This document shows positions 20,235 through 30,968 of a stretch of DNA of 32,000 bases, piece after piece; the stretch's first letter is position 1, and every line of letters starts with the position of its first letter. Below the pieces are notes generated by a model. That model had not been told where the DNA came from, searched no databases, and worked only from the letters and a program-made list of their open reading frames with translations. A program made the position numbers and the translations under genes. This stretch comes from Prochlorococcus marinus subsp. pastoris str. CCMP1986 (lineage in GTDB: Bacteria; Cyanobacteriota; Cyanobacteriia; PCC-6307; Cyanobiaceae). The stretch is taken from assembly GCF_000011465.1 (NCBI RefSeq), contig NC_005072.1:1440001-1472000 (forward strand), in the 5' to 3' direction.

Positions 20235-20348
20235 TTAATCAGTAGCTGTAATCAATCTTCCAATTAATACAAGAAATACTGCTGGGGTTACTAGACCAAT
20301 CAATGGGACAAAGATTGATGGTAAGAACGTTGAAAAATCAGATGGCAT
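20235..20348 (-). CDS. psaI: Photosystem I reaction centre subunit VIII (PsaI), 37 aa; absent from the supplied ORF track
   Basis: Reverse translation: [37 protein letters not shown]. Single hydrophobic helix, directly upstream of psaL on the same strand (29-nt gap). Confidence 0.9.
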
Positions 20349-20440
20349 AATCTACTAAAGATCTTTGAACACTTTAGTATTTAAAGGACAAATAGTGTAA
20401 CTTTTATTACTGGATGATATAAAAATTATTAACTTTATAT

Positions 20441-20827
20441 ATGCTAAATTTTTTCTCAATTGTTCTCATCATTTTAATAATATTTTTTATAGTAATTTTC
20501 AAGAAAAAAAATATATTTAATGCTTTTAATAAAAAGAAATTATATCCAATTAAAGAAATGTGTAATGAAAATAATATAATTACCTCTTCAGAAAAAATTA
20601 ATCATAATCAAAATAGCGCTAATAAGTACTCAGAGTTTTACAAAAGAAAACTAAAAGAAAAAATGAATAGCCTTTTTAAAGGTTCAGCAGAAGACAAATT
20701 GAAAGCCTTAAATTTAGCAGAAGAATTAGCAGATAAATCTACATTGCCAATTCTCAAAAAAGGTTTAAAAGAAATGAATTTACAGATAGTTGAACGTTCA
20801 GCTGCTCTTATTAGAAAGTTTAAGTAA
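20441..20827 (+). CDS. Hypothetical membrane-anchored protein
   Basis: 128 aa; N-terminal hydrophobic helix FFSIVLIILIIFFIVIF, then polar linker and a helical C-terminus KLKALNLAEELADKSTLPILKKGLKEMNLQIVERSAALIRKF (HEAT-like impression). Confidence 0.65.
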   Translation: MLNFFSIVLIILIIFFIVIFKKKNIFNAFNKKKLYPIKEMCNENNIITSSEKINHNQNSANKYSEFYKRKLKEKMNSLFKGSAEDKLKALNLAEELADKSTLPILKKGLKEMNLQIVERSAALIRKFK

Positions 20828-20831
20828 AGAT

Positions 20832-21794
20832 TTACTCATTAGAAATACTTTGAATTTTTCTAATCCTATAAATTGGCCTATTTTGACTCTCGTGATAAGT
20901 TCTAATTAATAGTTCGCCCAATAATCCAAAACTAAATAATTGAACTCCAGCAATTCCTAATATCAAAGCAAACATCAACATCGGCCTATTGCCAATATCA
21001 TTTCCTAGGAGTTTGATAATAAATAAGTAAGATGTCATTCCAAGACTAACTAAAATGCTTATAATTCCAACGAAACCAAATCCATACATTGGTCTGGTTA
21101 AAAATTTAGTCATAAACCAAACTGTAAGCAAATCCATTAAAACCCTAAACGTTCTATCAATCCCATATTTACTAGAACCGTATTTTCGACTTCGATGGTT
21201 GACTTTAATTTCTTTAATTTTAGCTCCTTCAATTTTTGCTAATACAGGCAAAAACCTATGAAGTTCTCCATATAATTTTATATCATCTAAAATCTCTTTT
21301 TTGAAAGCTTTTAGTGAACATCCATAATCATGCAATTTTAGACCAGTAACATTGGCTATTAACTTATTTGCAATTTTTGATGGTATACGTCTATTAATTA
21401 ACTTATCTTTTCGATCGTATCTCCATCCGCAAATTAAATCATAGCCTTCATTTATATGTGAAATTAATTTAGGGATATCATTAGGATCATTTTGCAAGTC
21501 TCCATCTAAAGTAATTACAACTTCACCATTAGAATTATCAAAACCGGCCGCCATTGCGGCTGTTTGTCCGTAATTGGTTCGAAGTGAAATGACTGATAAT
21601 TCCTTAATATTGATAGTTAATTCATCCAATACATTTGAAGTACTATCTTGAGAACCATCATTTACGACAACTATTTCAAAATTTAATTTATTAGAAGACA
21701 TCACATTTAAAACTTCATCTAATAAATATCCAATACTCTCACTTTCATTAAAAACAGGAATAATAATAGAAATTAACTGATTAGGATTTGTCAT
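20832..21794 (-). CDS. Family 2 glycosyltransferase with two C-terminal transmembrane helices (dolichol/undecaprenyl-phosphate sugar transferase-like)
   Basis: ISIIIPVFNESESI, FEIVVVNDGSQDST, GEVVITLDGDLQNDP, YGSSKYG, C-terminal TM helices. Confidence 0.9.
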   Translation of the reverse strand: MTNPNQLISIIIPVFNESESIGYLLDEVLNVMSSNKLNFEIVVVNDGSQDSTSNVLDELTINIKELSVISLRTNYGQTAAMAAGFDNSNGEVVITLDGDLQNDPNDIPKLISHINEGYDLICGWRYDRKDKLINRRIPSKIANKLIANVTGLKLHDYGCSLKAFKKEILDDIKLYGELHRFLPVLAKIEGAKIKEIKVNHRSRKYGSSKYGIDRTFRVLMDLLTVWFMTKFLTRPMYGFGFVGIISILVSLGMTSYLFIIKLLGNDIGNRPMLMFALILGIAGVQLFSFGLLGELLIRTYHESQNRPIYRIRKIQSISNE

Positions 21795-21860
21795 GTCATA
21801 TGAATAGCGATTAATAATCTTATAATTTTAACTTAAATTAGAACAATAAAATTAAACAAA

Positions 21861-21886
21861 AAAAATCACCACTAATGTGGTGATTT
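21861..21886 (-). terminator. Strong Rho-independent terminator downstream of psaB
   Basis: Minus strand: AAATCACCAC-ATTA-GTGGTGATTTTTTTTG, a perfect 10-bp stem (21863-21872 / 21877-21886) with a 4-nt loop and a T-tract. Confidence 0.88.
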
Positions 21887-21904
21887 AAATTATTTGATAA
21901 AACT

Positions 21905-24133
21905 TTATCCAAACTTACCTGAAGTAGATGCTATTACAAATGCTCCGAAAGTAAGGATATTTCCAATTGTAAAATGCGCCAGTCCAACTAGTCTTGCTTG
22001 AACAATTGAAAGTGCAACTGGTTTATCTCTCCAACCTACAAGGTTAGCTATTGGAGTACGCTGATGAGCCCAAACTAATGTCTCAATTAATTCTTGCCAG
22101 TATCCTCTCCAAGATATCAAGAACATGAATCCAGTCGCCCATACAAGATGACCGAATAAGAACATCCAAGCCCAGACAGAAAGTGAATTAACACCGAAAG
22201 GGTTGTACCCATTAATTAGCTGAGCAGAGTTTAACCAAAGATAATCTCTAAACCAACCCATTAAATAAGTCCCAGACTCGTTAAATTGAGCTACATTACC
22301 TTGCCATATGGCTAAATGTTTCCAATGCCAGTAGAAAGTTACCCATGCTATCAAGTTCAAAGCCCAGAACATTGCAAGATACATGGCATCCCATGATGAA
22401 CTATCGCATGTACCTCCACGACCAGGTCCATCACAAGGGAATGCATAACCCAAATCTTTCTTATCAGGAATTAGTTTTGTTCCTCTAGCATCTAAAGCTC
22501 CTTTAATAAGGATTAATGCAGTTGTATGAAGTCCAAGAGCTATAGCATGATGAACTAAGAAATCTGCTGGGCCAATTGGTAAAAAAGCACTTAATGCATC
22601 TTGTCTATTAATTAAATCCATCCAGTAATGGTTTCCTGGCAAAGAGTTTGCCGCCAGACTTGCTGAACTAGTAGGATCCGAAAGAAGTGCGTTAAATCCA
22701 TACATCATCTTTCCTTGAGCTGCCTGAACAAACTGAGCGAATACTGGTTCGATCAAAATTTGTTTTTCAGGATTTCCAAAAGCTACAACAACGTCATTAT
22801 GAACATATATTCCTAATGTATGAAAACCCAGGATCATAGTGACCCAACTCAAATGACTGATAAGAGCTTCTTTTGTACCTAATACACGAGCCAATACATT
22901 ATCTTTATTAAGTTCAGGATCATAATCTCTGACAAAGAATATTGCTCCATGAGCAAAAGCACCAACCATTAAGAACATGGCTATGTATTGATGATGGGTA
23001 TATAAAGCTGACTGTGTGGTGTAATCTCTAGCAATAAAAGCATAAGAAGGTAAAGCTCCCATATGTTGAGCTACTAATGAAGTTGCAACACCAAGAGCAG
23101 CCAAAGCTAAGCCTAATTGAAAGTGAAGAGAATTAGTAACAGTTTCATAGATACCATCATGATTAATTCCAAAACTACCTTTATGAGGATCAAGTGGATG
23201 TCTTGTATTATGTGCTTCTGTGATTTCTTTTAAACTATGTCCAATACCGAACGTATTTCTATACATATGTCCAGCAATTATAAATACAGTACCTATTGCA
23301 ATATGATGGTGAGCTATATCAGTTAACCATAATGCTTCACTTTGAGGATGAAGTCCACCTAAAAAAGTAAATATTGCTGTACCAGCACCCTCTGATGTTC
23401 CAAATACTTGCTCTAATGTATCTGGATTCTGAGCATATGCTCCCCAGTTAAGTGTAAAGAAAGGAGCTAAACCTGCAGGATGAGGAAGAACTGTTAACCA
23501 ATTATCCCAACCTACATGAATACCTCTAGATTCAGGAATTGCAACGTGAACTAAATGTCCTGTCCAAGCGATACTACTAAAACCAAATAAAACGGCAAGA
23601 TGATGATTTAATCTAGATTCGTTGTTTTTAAACCATGCCAGAGATGGTCTGAATTTTGGTTGCAAATGTAGCCAACCAGCAAATAAGGTCCAGCAAGCCA
23701 AGATACTCATAAAAATTGAAGCTTGGAACAGTTGCTCATTAGTTCTCATTCCAATTGTGTACCACCAATGATATAAGCCTGAATAAGCTATATTTACAGG
23801 TCCGCTGGCTCCTGCCTGTGTCATTGCTTCGGTAATACCTGATCCAAAATGAGGATCCCAAATAGCATGAGCTATAGGACGAACATGAGTTGGATCAAGG
23901 ACAAATTGCTCAAAATTACCTTGCCAAGCGATATGGAAAAGATTACCGGCTACCCAAAGGGCAATTATTGCTAGATGTCCGAAATGTGTAGAAAATAACT
24001 TTTGATAAAGCTTTTCTTCAGTCATACCATCATGACTTTCAAAGTCATGAGCAGTAGCTATTCCGTACCATATTCGGCGAGTTGTAGGGTCCTGAGCTAG
24101 ACCCTGGTTAAATGATGGAAATTTTGTTGCCAT
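21905..24133 (-). CDS. psaB: Photosystem I P700 apoprotein A2
   Basis: [71 protein letters not shown]. Confidence 0.99.
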   Translation of the reverse strand: MATKFPSFNQGLAQDPTTRRIWYGIATAHDFESHDGMTEEKLYQKLFSTHFGHLAIIALWVAGNLFHIAWQGNFEQFVLDPTHVRPIAHAIWDPHFGSGITEAMTQAGASGPVNIAYSGLYHWWYTIGMRTNEQLFQASIFMSILACWTLFAGWLHLQPKFRPSLAWFKNNESRLNHHLAVLFGFSSIAWTGHLVHVAIPESRGIHVGWDNWLTVLPHPAGLAPFFTLNWGAYAQNPDTLEQVFGTSEGAGTAIFTFLGGLHPQSEALWLTDIAHHHIAIGTVFIIAGHMYRNTFGIGHSLKEITEAHNTRHPLDPHKGSFGINHDGIYETVTNSLHFQLGLALAALGVATSLVAQHMGALPSYAFIARDYTTQSALYTHHQYIAMFLMVGAFAHGAIFFVRDYDPELNKDNVLARVLGTKEALISHLSWVTMILGFHTLGIYVHNDVVVAFGNPEKQILIEPVFAQFVQAAQGKMMYGFNALLSDPTSSASLAANSLPGNHYWMDLINRQDALSAFLPIGPADFLVHHAIALGLHTTALILIKGALDARGTKLIPDKKDLGYAFPCDGPGRGGTCDSSSWDAMYLAMFWALNLIAWVTFYWHWKHLAIWQGNVAQFNESGTYLMGWFRDYLWLNSAQLINGYNPFGVNSLSVWAWMFLFGHLVWATGFMFLISWRGYWQELIETLVWAHQRTPIANLVGWRDKPVALSIVQARLVGLAHFTIGNILTFGAFVIASTSGKFG

Positions 24134-24161
24134 TGTATTAAAAAGGAGAAGTTCAGGTTAT

Positions 24162-26465
24162 TTAGCCAAGCCCGAAAAGGCGAGCATGGAAGAATGCCCA
24201 AGTAGTAGCAATACCACCCACTAAGAAGTGAGTAACACCAACTGCACGACCTTGAGTAATTGATAGTGCCCTTGGTTGAATTGTTGGAGCAACTTTCAGT
24301 TTGTTATGAGCCCAAACAATTGATTCAAATAGTTCTTGCCAGTAACCTCTTCCGCTGAATAAGAACATTAAGCTAAATGCCCAGATAAAGTGTGCTCCCA
24401 AAAACATCAGGCCATACATACTTATAGCTGAACCATAACTTGTCAAAACCTGAGAAGATTGGGCCCATAAAAAGTCTCTAAGCCAACCATTAATAGTAAT
24501 GGCACTTTGAGAGAAGTTACCTCCAGTAAGTCCCCAAACATCGCTTTGCATCTTCCAAGAAAAATGGAAAATAACAATTGATAAACAGTTATACATCCAG
24601 AAGAGTCCTAAGAAAACATGGTCCCAAGAAGAAACTTGACATGTACCTCCTCTACCAGGGCCATCACATGGGAATCTAAATCCTAAGGATGCTTTATCAG
24701 GAATCAATCGTGAGCTTCTTGCATACAGAACACCTTTAAGAAGAATTAAAACTGTTACGTGTATTTGGAATGCATGAATATGATGAATCATCAAGTCAGC
24801 AGTTCCTAAGGGGATTGGAGCAATAGCAACCTTTCCACCTACTTCAACTAAACTTCCGTTAAATACTTCACTTATAGCTTTATGAGGTAAGGCTTCAGCT
24901 GTACCGGCCAATATTGAAGTCCCAACGGCTGAAGCTTGAATACTTTGAACCCATTGAGCAAATATTGGTTGAAGTTGAATTGCAGAATCACTAAACATAT
25001 CTTGAGGTCTTCCTAAAGCTCTCATTGTGTCGTTATGAATATAGAGTCCAAAACTATGGAAACCTAACCACATACAAACCCAATTAAGGTGACTTATTAA
25101 CGCATCTCTTGCTTTTAAAATCCTATCTAAAACATTATCTATATGTTTAGCTGGATCGTAATCTCTAACCATCGCTATGCCCGCATGAGCTCCAGCTCCA
25201 ACAATAAATAATCCACCTATCCACATATGGTGAGTAAACAAACCAAGCACAGTCATGTAATCAGTCGCGATGTATGGATAAGGAGGCATCGCATACATAT
25301 GATGAGAGATCAAGATACTAAGAGAACCGAGCATTGCTAAGTTGACAGAAAGCTGTGCATGTCTACTTTCAGCCATAAATTCAAAGAGTCCTTGATGCCC
25401 TTTAGGTGCTGGGAATAAAATTGGATCCCCTTGTTGAGAATCTAATATTTCTTTCATACTATGGCCAATACCATAGTTAGTTCTATACATGTGCCCACCA
25501 ATTATCGCAATAACTCCAAAAGCTAAATGATGATGTGAAACATCAGTCATCCATAGACTTCCTGTAACAGGATTTAAACCACCTTTAAAAGTTAGGAAAT
25601 CTGAAAAAGCAAGCCAATTTAAGCTAAAGAAATTTCCAGTACCACTTGCAAGTCCTGGAAAAATTTGAGCAATTATTTGAGGATCACACAACTGATGAGG
25701 CATTGGCATATCGGCAATTGTTGCTATCTCTTTGCCATTAATAACTAGAGGTGTACCAGCATCAATTGCATCCAACAGTGCTGCTGTCGGAGCACCAATA
25801 TGTATACAATGACCTGCCCATGCAAGTGATCCAAGGCCAACTAAACCAGCAATATGGTGGTTTAACATTGACTCTATATTTTGGAACCATTCCATTTTTG
25901 GAGCGGCTTTATGATAATGGAAGATACCTGCATGAAGCATTAATGCAGCCATTACAACTGCTCCAATAGCTAATGCCATTAATTCACTTTCATTTGTAAT
26001 TCCCCATGCTCGCCACATGTGAAATACTCCAGAACTTATTTGAATTCCATTGTAGTTAGCACCTAAATCACCATTAAGCATTTCTTGCCCAACTATTGCC
26101 CAAACTTGTTGAGCACCAGGTTTTACATGAGTAGGATCAGCTAACCATCCTGAATAATTTGAAAATCTCGCTCCATGGAAAAATGCAGCGCTCATCCATA
26201 TGAAAATAACAGCAAGGTGTCCGAAATGAGCTGAGAATATTTTTCTTGTAGCTTCTTCAGCATCTCCTGTATGTATATCAAAATCATGGGCATCTGCATG
26301 CAAATTCCAAATCCAAGTTGTGGTTTTTGGACCTTTGGATAATTTACTAGACCAGAAACCTGGTTTATCTAATTTGGCAAAATCAATAGGTCTGGGATCA
26401 GCCTTGACGGGGGATTCCAAAATCTTTTTGTCTTTTTCTCCACTTTCTGGTGGGCTAATGGTCAT
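24162..26465 (-). CDS. psaA: Photosystem I P700 apoprotein A1
   Basis: [64 protein letters not shown]. Confidence 0.99.
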   Translation of the reverse strand: MTISPPESGEKDKKILESPVKADPRPIDFAKLDKPGFWSSKLSKGPKTTTWIWNLHADAHDFDIHTGDAEEATRKIFSAHFGHLAVIFIWMSAAFFHGARFSNYSGWLADPTHVKPGAQQVWAIVGQEMLNGDLGANYNGIQISSGVFHMWRAWGITNESELMALAIGAVVMAALMLHAGIFHYHKAAPKMEWFQNIESMLNHHIAGLVGLGSLAWAGHCIHIGAPTAALLDAIDAGTPLVINGKEIATIADMPMPHQLCDPQIIAQIFPGLASGTGNFFSLNWLAFSDFLTFKGGLNPVTGSLWMTDVSHHHLAFGVIAIIGGHMYRTNYGIGHSMKEILDSQQGDPILFPAPKGHQGLFEFMAESRHAQLSVNLAMLGSLSILISHHMYAMPPYPYIATDYMTVLGLFTHHMWIGGLFIVGAGAHAGIAMVRDYDPAKHIDNVLDRILKARDALISHLNWVCMWLGFHSFGLYIHNDTMRALGRPQDMFSDSAIQLQPIFAQWVQSIQASAVGTSILAGTAEALPHKAISEVFNGSLVEVGGKVAIAPIPLGTADLMIHHIHAFQIHVTVLILLKGVLYARSSRLIPDKASLGFRFPCDGPGRGGTCQVSSWDHVFLGLFWMYNCLSIVIFHFSWKMQSDVWGLTGGNFSQSAITINGWLRDFLWAQSSQVLTSYGSAISMYGLMFLGAHFIWAFSLMFLFSGRGYWQELFESIVWAHNKLKVAPTIQPRALSITQGRAVGVTHFLVGGIATTWAFFHARLFGLG

Positions 26466-26615
26466 CTAGCACCTCTAAATAATTGACCCTTAAGTAGATT
26501 TATCACACTCAAAAGCCTACGTATTAATAGTAGTCTTTATGAGGAACGAGCAAATCAAAACTTAAGATTTTCGTTACCAAAAATAATAGGCTAAAGATTC
26601 TTTGATCATGCAGGA

Positions 26616-26664
26616 AAGTAACAAATGTTTCATTGATTGTTACTTTTCAATATTTCTATTGAAT
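26616..26664. repeat. Two adjacent inverted repeats in the psaA-cobJ intergenic region
   Basis: AAAGTAACAA (26616-26625)/TTGTTACTTT (26638-26647), perfect 10 bp with 12-nt spacer; then TTCAAT (26647-26652)/ATTGAA (26659-26664). Confidence 0.5.
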
Positions 26665-26806
26665 CCCTTTACATAACAAGGTTCTAAGTATATTTACTCA
26701 TTTCAATTAAATAAATCTTAAATTTTTTTTTATATTTCGTTTTTATTTTTTTTAATTGCAGCGAAGAGATATAGTTTTAAATTGATAATAAAGAGAACTT
26801 CTTAAA

Positions 26807-28627
26807 TTGAAAGGTATTGCAATAGGTTTTTCTGATACTTCAAAAGAGATTTTAAAAAGACTAAAAAAAACTGAATTTATTAATGAGATTTTCATAGGAA
26901 GCTCATCCTATAAAGATAAAAATGTAAAAGACTCAGTTAAGTTTATGAAACCTAGGCAAATTTTGAGAGAAAAGTGGGGAAACTTGGAGTTAATTATCTT
27001 TGTCGGCTCAGTTGGCGCCTCTATTAGACTTATCAATTCTTTATTATCTTCCAAAGATAAAGATCCTGGAGTAATTGTTATTGATAAAAAAGGATCAAAA
27101 ATTATCCCTATAATTGGCGCACATCAATCAAATATCCAAAATATTGCATTTCAAATATGTAATTTATTCGGTGGTGAAATAATCGAGACTAATAATTCAA
27201 TTGATCAAAATTACTTAAATATTGACTCATTTGGAAATCAATGGGGATGGAAAAGATCTGGAGATATAAAGGACTGGTCAAAATTAGTAATCAAGCAAGC
27301 TAATAAAAAAGAGATTTTTTGTAGCCAATTATCAGGCAACAATTTATGGAAAACTTCTGAAGTGGGAAATACTATTACTCAATTATCAGACAAAGATTAT
27401 GAGCAAAAGAAATCAATTTTTCATATATCTATATTCGATAATCATAAAAATACTTGGCATCCTCCAACTTTATGGATCGGTTTAGGTTGTGAGCGAAATA
27501 CTAGCAAAGAATTAATTGAAGACTCTTTACAAAGTTTTTTAGCCACTAATAATTTATCTCCATTATCAATAGCAGGTTTTGCAACTGTTGATTTAAAAAA
27601 AGATGAGAAGGCAATTTTAGAGATCTCGAAAGAAAAAAATTTACCTATAAAATTTTTTACATCTGAAGAGCTCTCTTCAATTAATACCCCAAACCCATCG
27701 AATGTAGTTCTCAATGAAATTGGTACACCTTCAGTTGCTGAGGCATCTTGCATGATCGCTGCAGGACAAGGTTCAAAACTATTGAAAGAAAAGAAAATTT
27801 TTAAAAGTATCGATTCTTCAAAAAGTACTTTTGGCGCAGTAACTATTGCAGTCTCTGAATCTAAAAATCAATATTCCCCATTAACTGGTGAGATTCATGT
27901 TGTTGGTAGTGGGCCAGGAGATATTTCCTATTTAACAAATGATGCTAGAAAAGCTTTATCAAAATGTTCTATTTGGATTGGATACAAAATGTATTTGGAT
28001 CTAATTAAACCTCTTAAAAGAAAAGACCAAGTAATGATTGAAAGCAATCTTACTGAAGAGAAAGAGAGATGTGAGAAAGCTATAAAACTTGCTGAAGAGG
28101 GAATCAAAGTAGCACTAATATCCTCTGGCGATGCAGGTTTTTATGGGATGGCTGGCCTACTTTTAGAATTAATTCAAAAAGTTCATAAAGATATTAGGCC
28201 TTCATTTGAAGTACATCCAGGAATAAGTAGCATGCAGTTGGCTGCAGCAATTGGTGGAGCCCCATTAATGAATGACTTCTGTTCAATCAGCTTGAGTGAT
28301 AAGTTAACCCCTTGGGAAACTATAGAAAAAAGAATTGCAGGTGCTTTATTAGGAGACTTTGTAATTGCCATTTTCAATCCACAATCACTTGAAAGAAATT
28401 GGCAATTGAAAAGAGCTATAGAATTATGCCTAGGATATAGACCAGGAAATACTCCAGTCTTAGTAGGAAGACAAGTAGGTAGGGAAAATCAATCCAAGAG
28501 CTTTTTTAGTTTAGATAGTATTCCTTTACAGGATATAGATATGCTATCAATAATAATCATTGGTAATTCTAAAACTACTTTGGTTGATGAAATATTTTTA
28601 ACTCCAAGAGGATATTTAAAAAAGTAA
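26807..28627 (+). CDS. cobJ: CbiG-CobJ/CbiH fusion: cobalamin biosynthesis protein plus precorrin-3B C17-methyltransferase
   Basis: N-terminal half CbiG-like (IIFVGSVGASIRLI, PIIGAHQSNIQNIA, LWIGLGCERNTS, SIAGFATVDLKKDE); C-terminal half a tetrapyrrole methylase (IHVVGSGPGDISYLTNDARKAL, ISSGDAGFYGMAG, EVHPGISSMQLAAA). Confidence 0.92.
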   Translation: MKGIAIGFSDTSKEILKRLKKTEFINEIFIGSSSYKDKNVKDSVKFMKPRQILREKWGNLELIIFVGSVGASIRLINSLLSSKDKDPGVIVIDKKGSKIIPIIGAHQSNIQNIAFQICNLFGGEIIETNNSIDQNYLNIDSFGNQWGWKRSGDIKDWSKLVIKQANKKEIFCSQLSGNNLWKTSEVGNTITQLSDKDYEQKKSIFHISIFDNHKNTWHPPTLWIGLGCERNTSKELIEDSLQSFLATNNLSPLSIAGFATVDLKKDEKAILEISKEKNLPIKFFTSEELSSINTPNPSNVVLNEIGTPSVAEASCMIAAGQGSKLLKEKKIFKSIDSSKSTFGAVTIAVSESKNQYSPLTGEIHVVGSGPGDISYLTNDARKALSKCSIWIGYKMYLDLIKPLKRKDQVMIESNLTEEKERCEKAIKLAEEGIKVALISSGDAGFYGMAGLLLELIQKVHKDIRPSFEVHPGISSMQLAAAIGGAPLMNDFCSISLSDKLTPWETIEKRIAGALLGDFVIAIFNPQSLERNWQLKRAIELCLGYRPGNTPVLVGRQVGRENQSKSFFSLDSIPLQDIDMLSIIIIGNSKTTLVDEIFLTPRGYLKK

Positions 28628-28724
28628 TTTGAAACTCCATCTTATATTGATTATTGAATATTTTGTTTTTGCTTTTTTTGCAAGAGAATATTAATGTTTA
28701 ATAAATAGTATCTAGATTAATTCC

Positions 28725-29528
28725 TTGAATAATATTGGTGTAATTTTATTTGATATAGATGGTGTTATACGAAGCGTAGAGAATAGTTATAGGCTCTCAC
28801 TAAAAAAAACAGTTTATCGATTTTGCGGCTGGGAGCCTAGCTATCGAGATATAGATAATGCAAAAAACGAAGGTATCTGGAATAACGATTGGGATTTAAG
28901 TTTAGAACTGATAAAGAGGCATATTAAAAGTAAGAATCTAAAACTTAAACCACCTCAAAGAGAAGATATAATTCTATGTTTTGAAGGCTTCTACTTTGGT
29001 GGGAATCCAAATAAAGATAGTAATGACTGGTCAGGTTTTATAAAAAATGAGGAGTTGCTAGTGGAAAAAGAATTTTTTTCTACATTAAGTGCCAATGGAA
29101 TTATTTGGGGATTTGTAAGTGGAGCTGAATCTGCATCTGCCAAATTTGTTTTAGAAAATAGACTTAAATTAATATCTCCCCCCTTAATAGCAATGGGTGA
29201 TGCTCCTGATAAGCCAGATCCTCAAGGTTTTCTTGAATTAGCAAGCAAGCTTTCCGAAAGTAGTTTGGGTTATGCAAATGTACCCATTGCTTATTTAGGT
29301 GACACAATTGCTGATATCAATACAGTTTCTAATGCAAAAAAAAGAATTCCAAGTCAAAAATTTATAAGCATTGGAGTAGCCCCTCCTCATCTCCATTTAG
29401 AATCTAGGATGAAAGAACGTATTTCGTATGAATCAAAACTTAAAGAGGCAGGAGCTGATTTAATTCTAAATACAGTAAATGATCTTAAAAATATAGATAT
29501 TGATTTTTTTAAAAAATTCCAAGAATAA
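28725..29528 (+). CDS. HAD superfamily hydrolase
   Basis: VILFDIDGVIRSVENSYR (motif I), GFVSGAESASAKFVL, AMGDAPDKPDPQGF and VPIAYLGDTIADINTVSNAKK (motifs III/IV). Confidence 0.88.
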   Translation: MNNIGVILFDIDGVIRSVENSYRLSLKKTVYRFCGWEPSYRDIDNAKNEGIWNNDWDLSLELIKRHIKSKNLKLKPPQREDIILCFEGFYFGGNPNKDSNDWSGFIKNEELLVEKEFFSTLSANGIIWGFVSGAESASAKFVLENRLKLISPPLIAMGDAPDKPDPQGFLELASKLSESSLGYANVPIAYLGDTIADINTVSNAKKRIPSQKFISIGVAPPHLHLESRMKERISYESKLKEAGADLILNTVNDLKNIDIDFFKKFQE

Positions 29529-29550
29529 AAATAATTCTTATAAATAATTA

Positions 29551-29639
29551 CGGAGAGGGAGGGATTCGAACCCTCGACAAAAGTTACCTCCTGTAACTCC
29601 TTAGCAGGGAGCCGCTTTCAACCACTCAGCCACCTCTCC
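29551..29639 (-). tRNA. tRNA-Ser(GCT)
   Basis: Reverse strand GGAGAGGTGGCTGAGTGG...GCTCC-CTGCTAA-GGAGT...long variable arm...GAGGGTTCGAATCCCTCCCTCTCCG; 7-bp acceptor stem GGAGAGG/CCTCTCC, anticodon GCT, no encoded CCA. Confidence 0.95.
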
Positions 29640-29700
29640 AGTTCTTCTACATTATCAATTTTTGAGCAAACATTCAAAATTATTTATTTAATCGAAATGT

Positions 29701-30888
29701 CTAATCAACTTGGACTCTTGGTAATCTATTTTTAAAAGAGCAAAGAATTTCCCAAGGAATGCTATTACATTTATCTGCCCAGTCAATCGGAGAAATTGAT
29801 TTATCTCCTTCAGATCCTAGTAGTAGCATGGTACTACCAACTTCAATATCATTTGAGTCTGTAATATCTACCATCATTTGATCCATTGTTATAGATCCAA
29901 CTTGAGGATAAAGTCTTTTATTATGAATCAAACTTATTTTGCCAGATAAATTTCTAATGATGCCATCAGCATAACCAATACTTAAAACTGCTAACTTTGT
30001 TTTTCTATCACTAACAAATTTATTTCCATAACTGACTCCAATACCTTTTTCAATAGTTCGAACAAAAGTCACTTTAGCCTTTAAAAATAAAGCAGGTTTA
30101 AGAAATAAATTTTCATTTATATTTACTGATGGGTCATAGCCATACATAGAAAGGCCAACGCGTACCATATCAAAATGAAAATCTTTGCCAAGAACCATGC
30201 CAGCAGAATTAGCAAGATGAATCTTAATATTTTGTGTATTATCAATATCAATAATTTTCAATAATTCTTGAAATTTTTCTTTTTGTAATTGAGTGCTGCT
30301 TTTAGGATTCAAAGCATTCTTTTCATCTGCGCAGGCGAGATGACTATATATTCCCTTAACAGCAATATTTTCAAGTGATTTAATATTATTAAATTGTTGA
30401 ACAAACTGATCACATTCAAATCCTAATCTTGACATCCCAGTATCAACTTTTAGATGCAACGAGAATTTTAAATTATTACTCTTTCCAATGTTATTACAAA
30501 TCAAACACTCCCTAAATGTACTAATAGTTGGCATCAAATCATTTCTAAAACATATTAATAAATCTTTTTTCGTATAAAGATTACCAAGTACAAGAATTGG
30601 GGCATTTATCCCAAAAGAACGAAGCTTTATACCCTCCTTTAAGGTTGCTACTCCTAATTGAGAAGCGCCACCTTTAATCGCTTTTTCAGATACAACTTTT
30701 GCATCATGTCCATATCCATCAGCTTTGACAACTGCCATAAATTCACAATTATTTTTTAATTTTGATCTTAATTGCCTTACGTTTGACTCTATTGCTTTAC
30801 CACTGACTTCTATCCAAGCTCTTTGAGTTGGATCTATTTCTCCTTCAAAACTTGGAAGAGTATCAAAATTAATTTTTCGATTATTCAA
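29701..30888 (-). CDS. alr: Alanine racemase
   Basis: FMAVVKADGYGHDA (PLP lysine), HLKVDTGMSRLGF, GVSYGNKFVSDRKTKLAVLSIGYADG, SMDQMMVDITD-like region (TMDQMMVDITDS). Confidence 0.96.
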   Translation of the reverse strand: MNNRKINFDTLPSFEGEIDPTQRAWIEVSGKAIESNVRQLRSKLKNNCEFMAVVKADGYGHDAKVVSEKAIKGGASQLGVATLKEGIKLRSFGINAPILVLGNLYTKKDLLICFRNDLMPTISTFRECLICNNIGKSNNLKFSLHLKVDTGMSRLGFECDQFVQQFNNIKSLENIAVKGIYSHLACADEKNALNPKSSTQLQKEKFQELLKIIDIDNTQNIKIHLANSAGMVLGKDFHFDMVRVGLSMYGYDPSVNINENLFLKPALFLKAKVTFVRTIEKGIGVSYGNKFVSDRKTKLAVLSIGYADGIIRNLSGKISLIHNKRLYPQVGSITMDQMMVDITDSNDIEVGSTMLLLGSEGDKSISPIDWADKCNSIPWEILCSFKNRLPRVQVD

Positions 30889-30968
30889 AGAATTTGAATT
30901 AATGATTAAGCGATTATATGCGCTTATTTAAATATACCGCTAGCATGACATGTAAATTGATTTTTGGC

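Noticed and set aside
21055-21261. 68-aa ORF opposite the GT2 gene
   Set aside because: Shadow ORF.
25751-25969. 72-aa ORF opposite psaA
   Set aside because: Shadow of a membrane-protein gene; repeated Gln/Leu pattern is just the complement of conserved psaA codons.
27442-28377. Antisense ORFs 27442-27753 and 28183-28377 in cobJ
   Set aside because: Both are inside the CbiG-CobJ coding region without independent support.
29641-29700. Weak TTTTGA/TCAAAA dyad downstream of alr as a terminator
   Set aside because: Very short AT-only stem with no proper T-tract on the relevant strand; expected by chance at this base composition.
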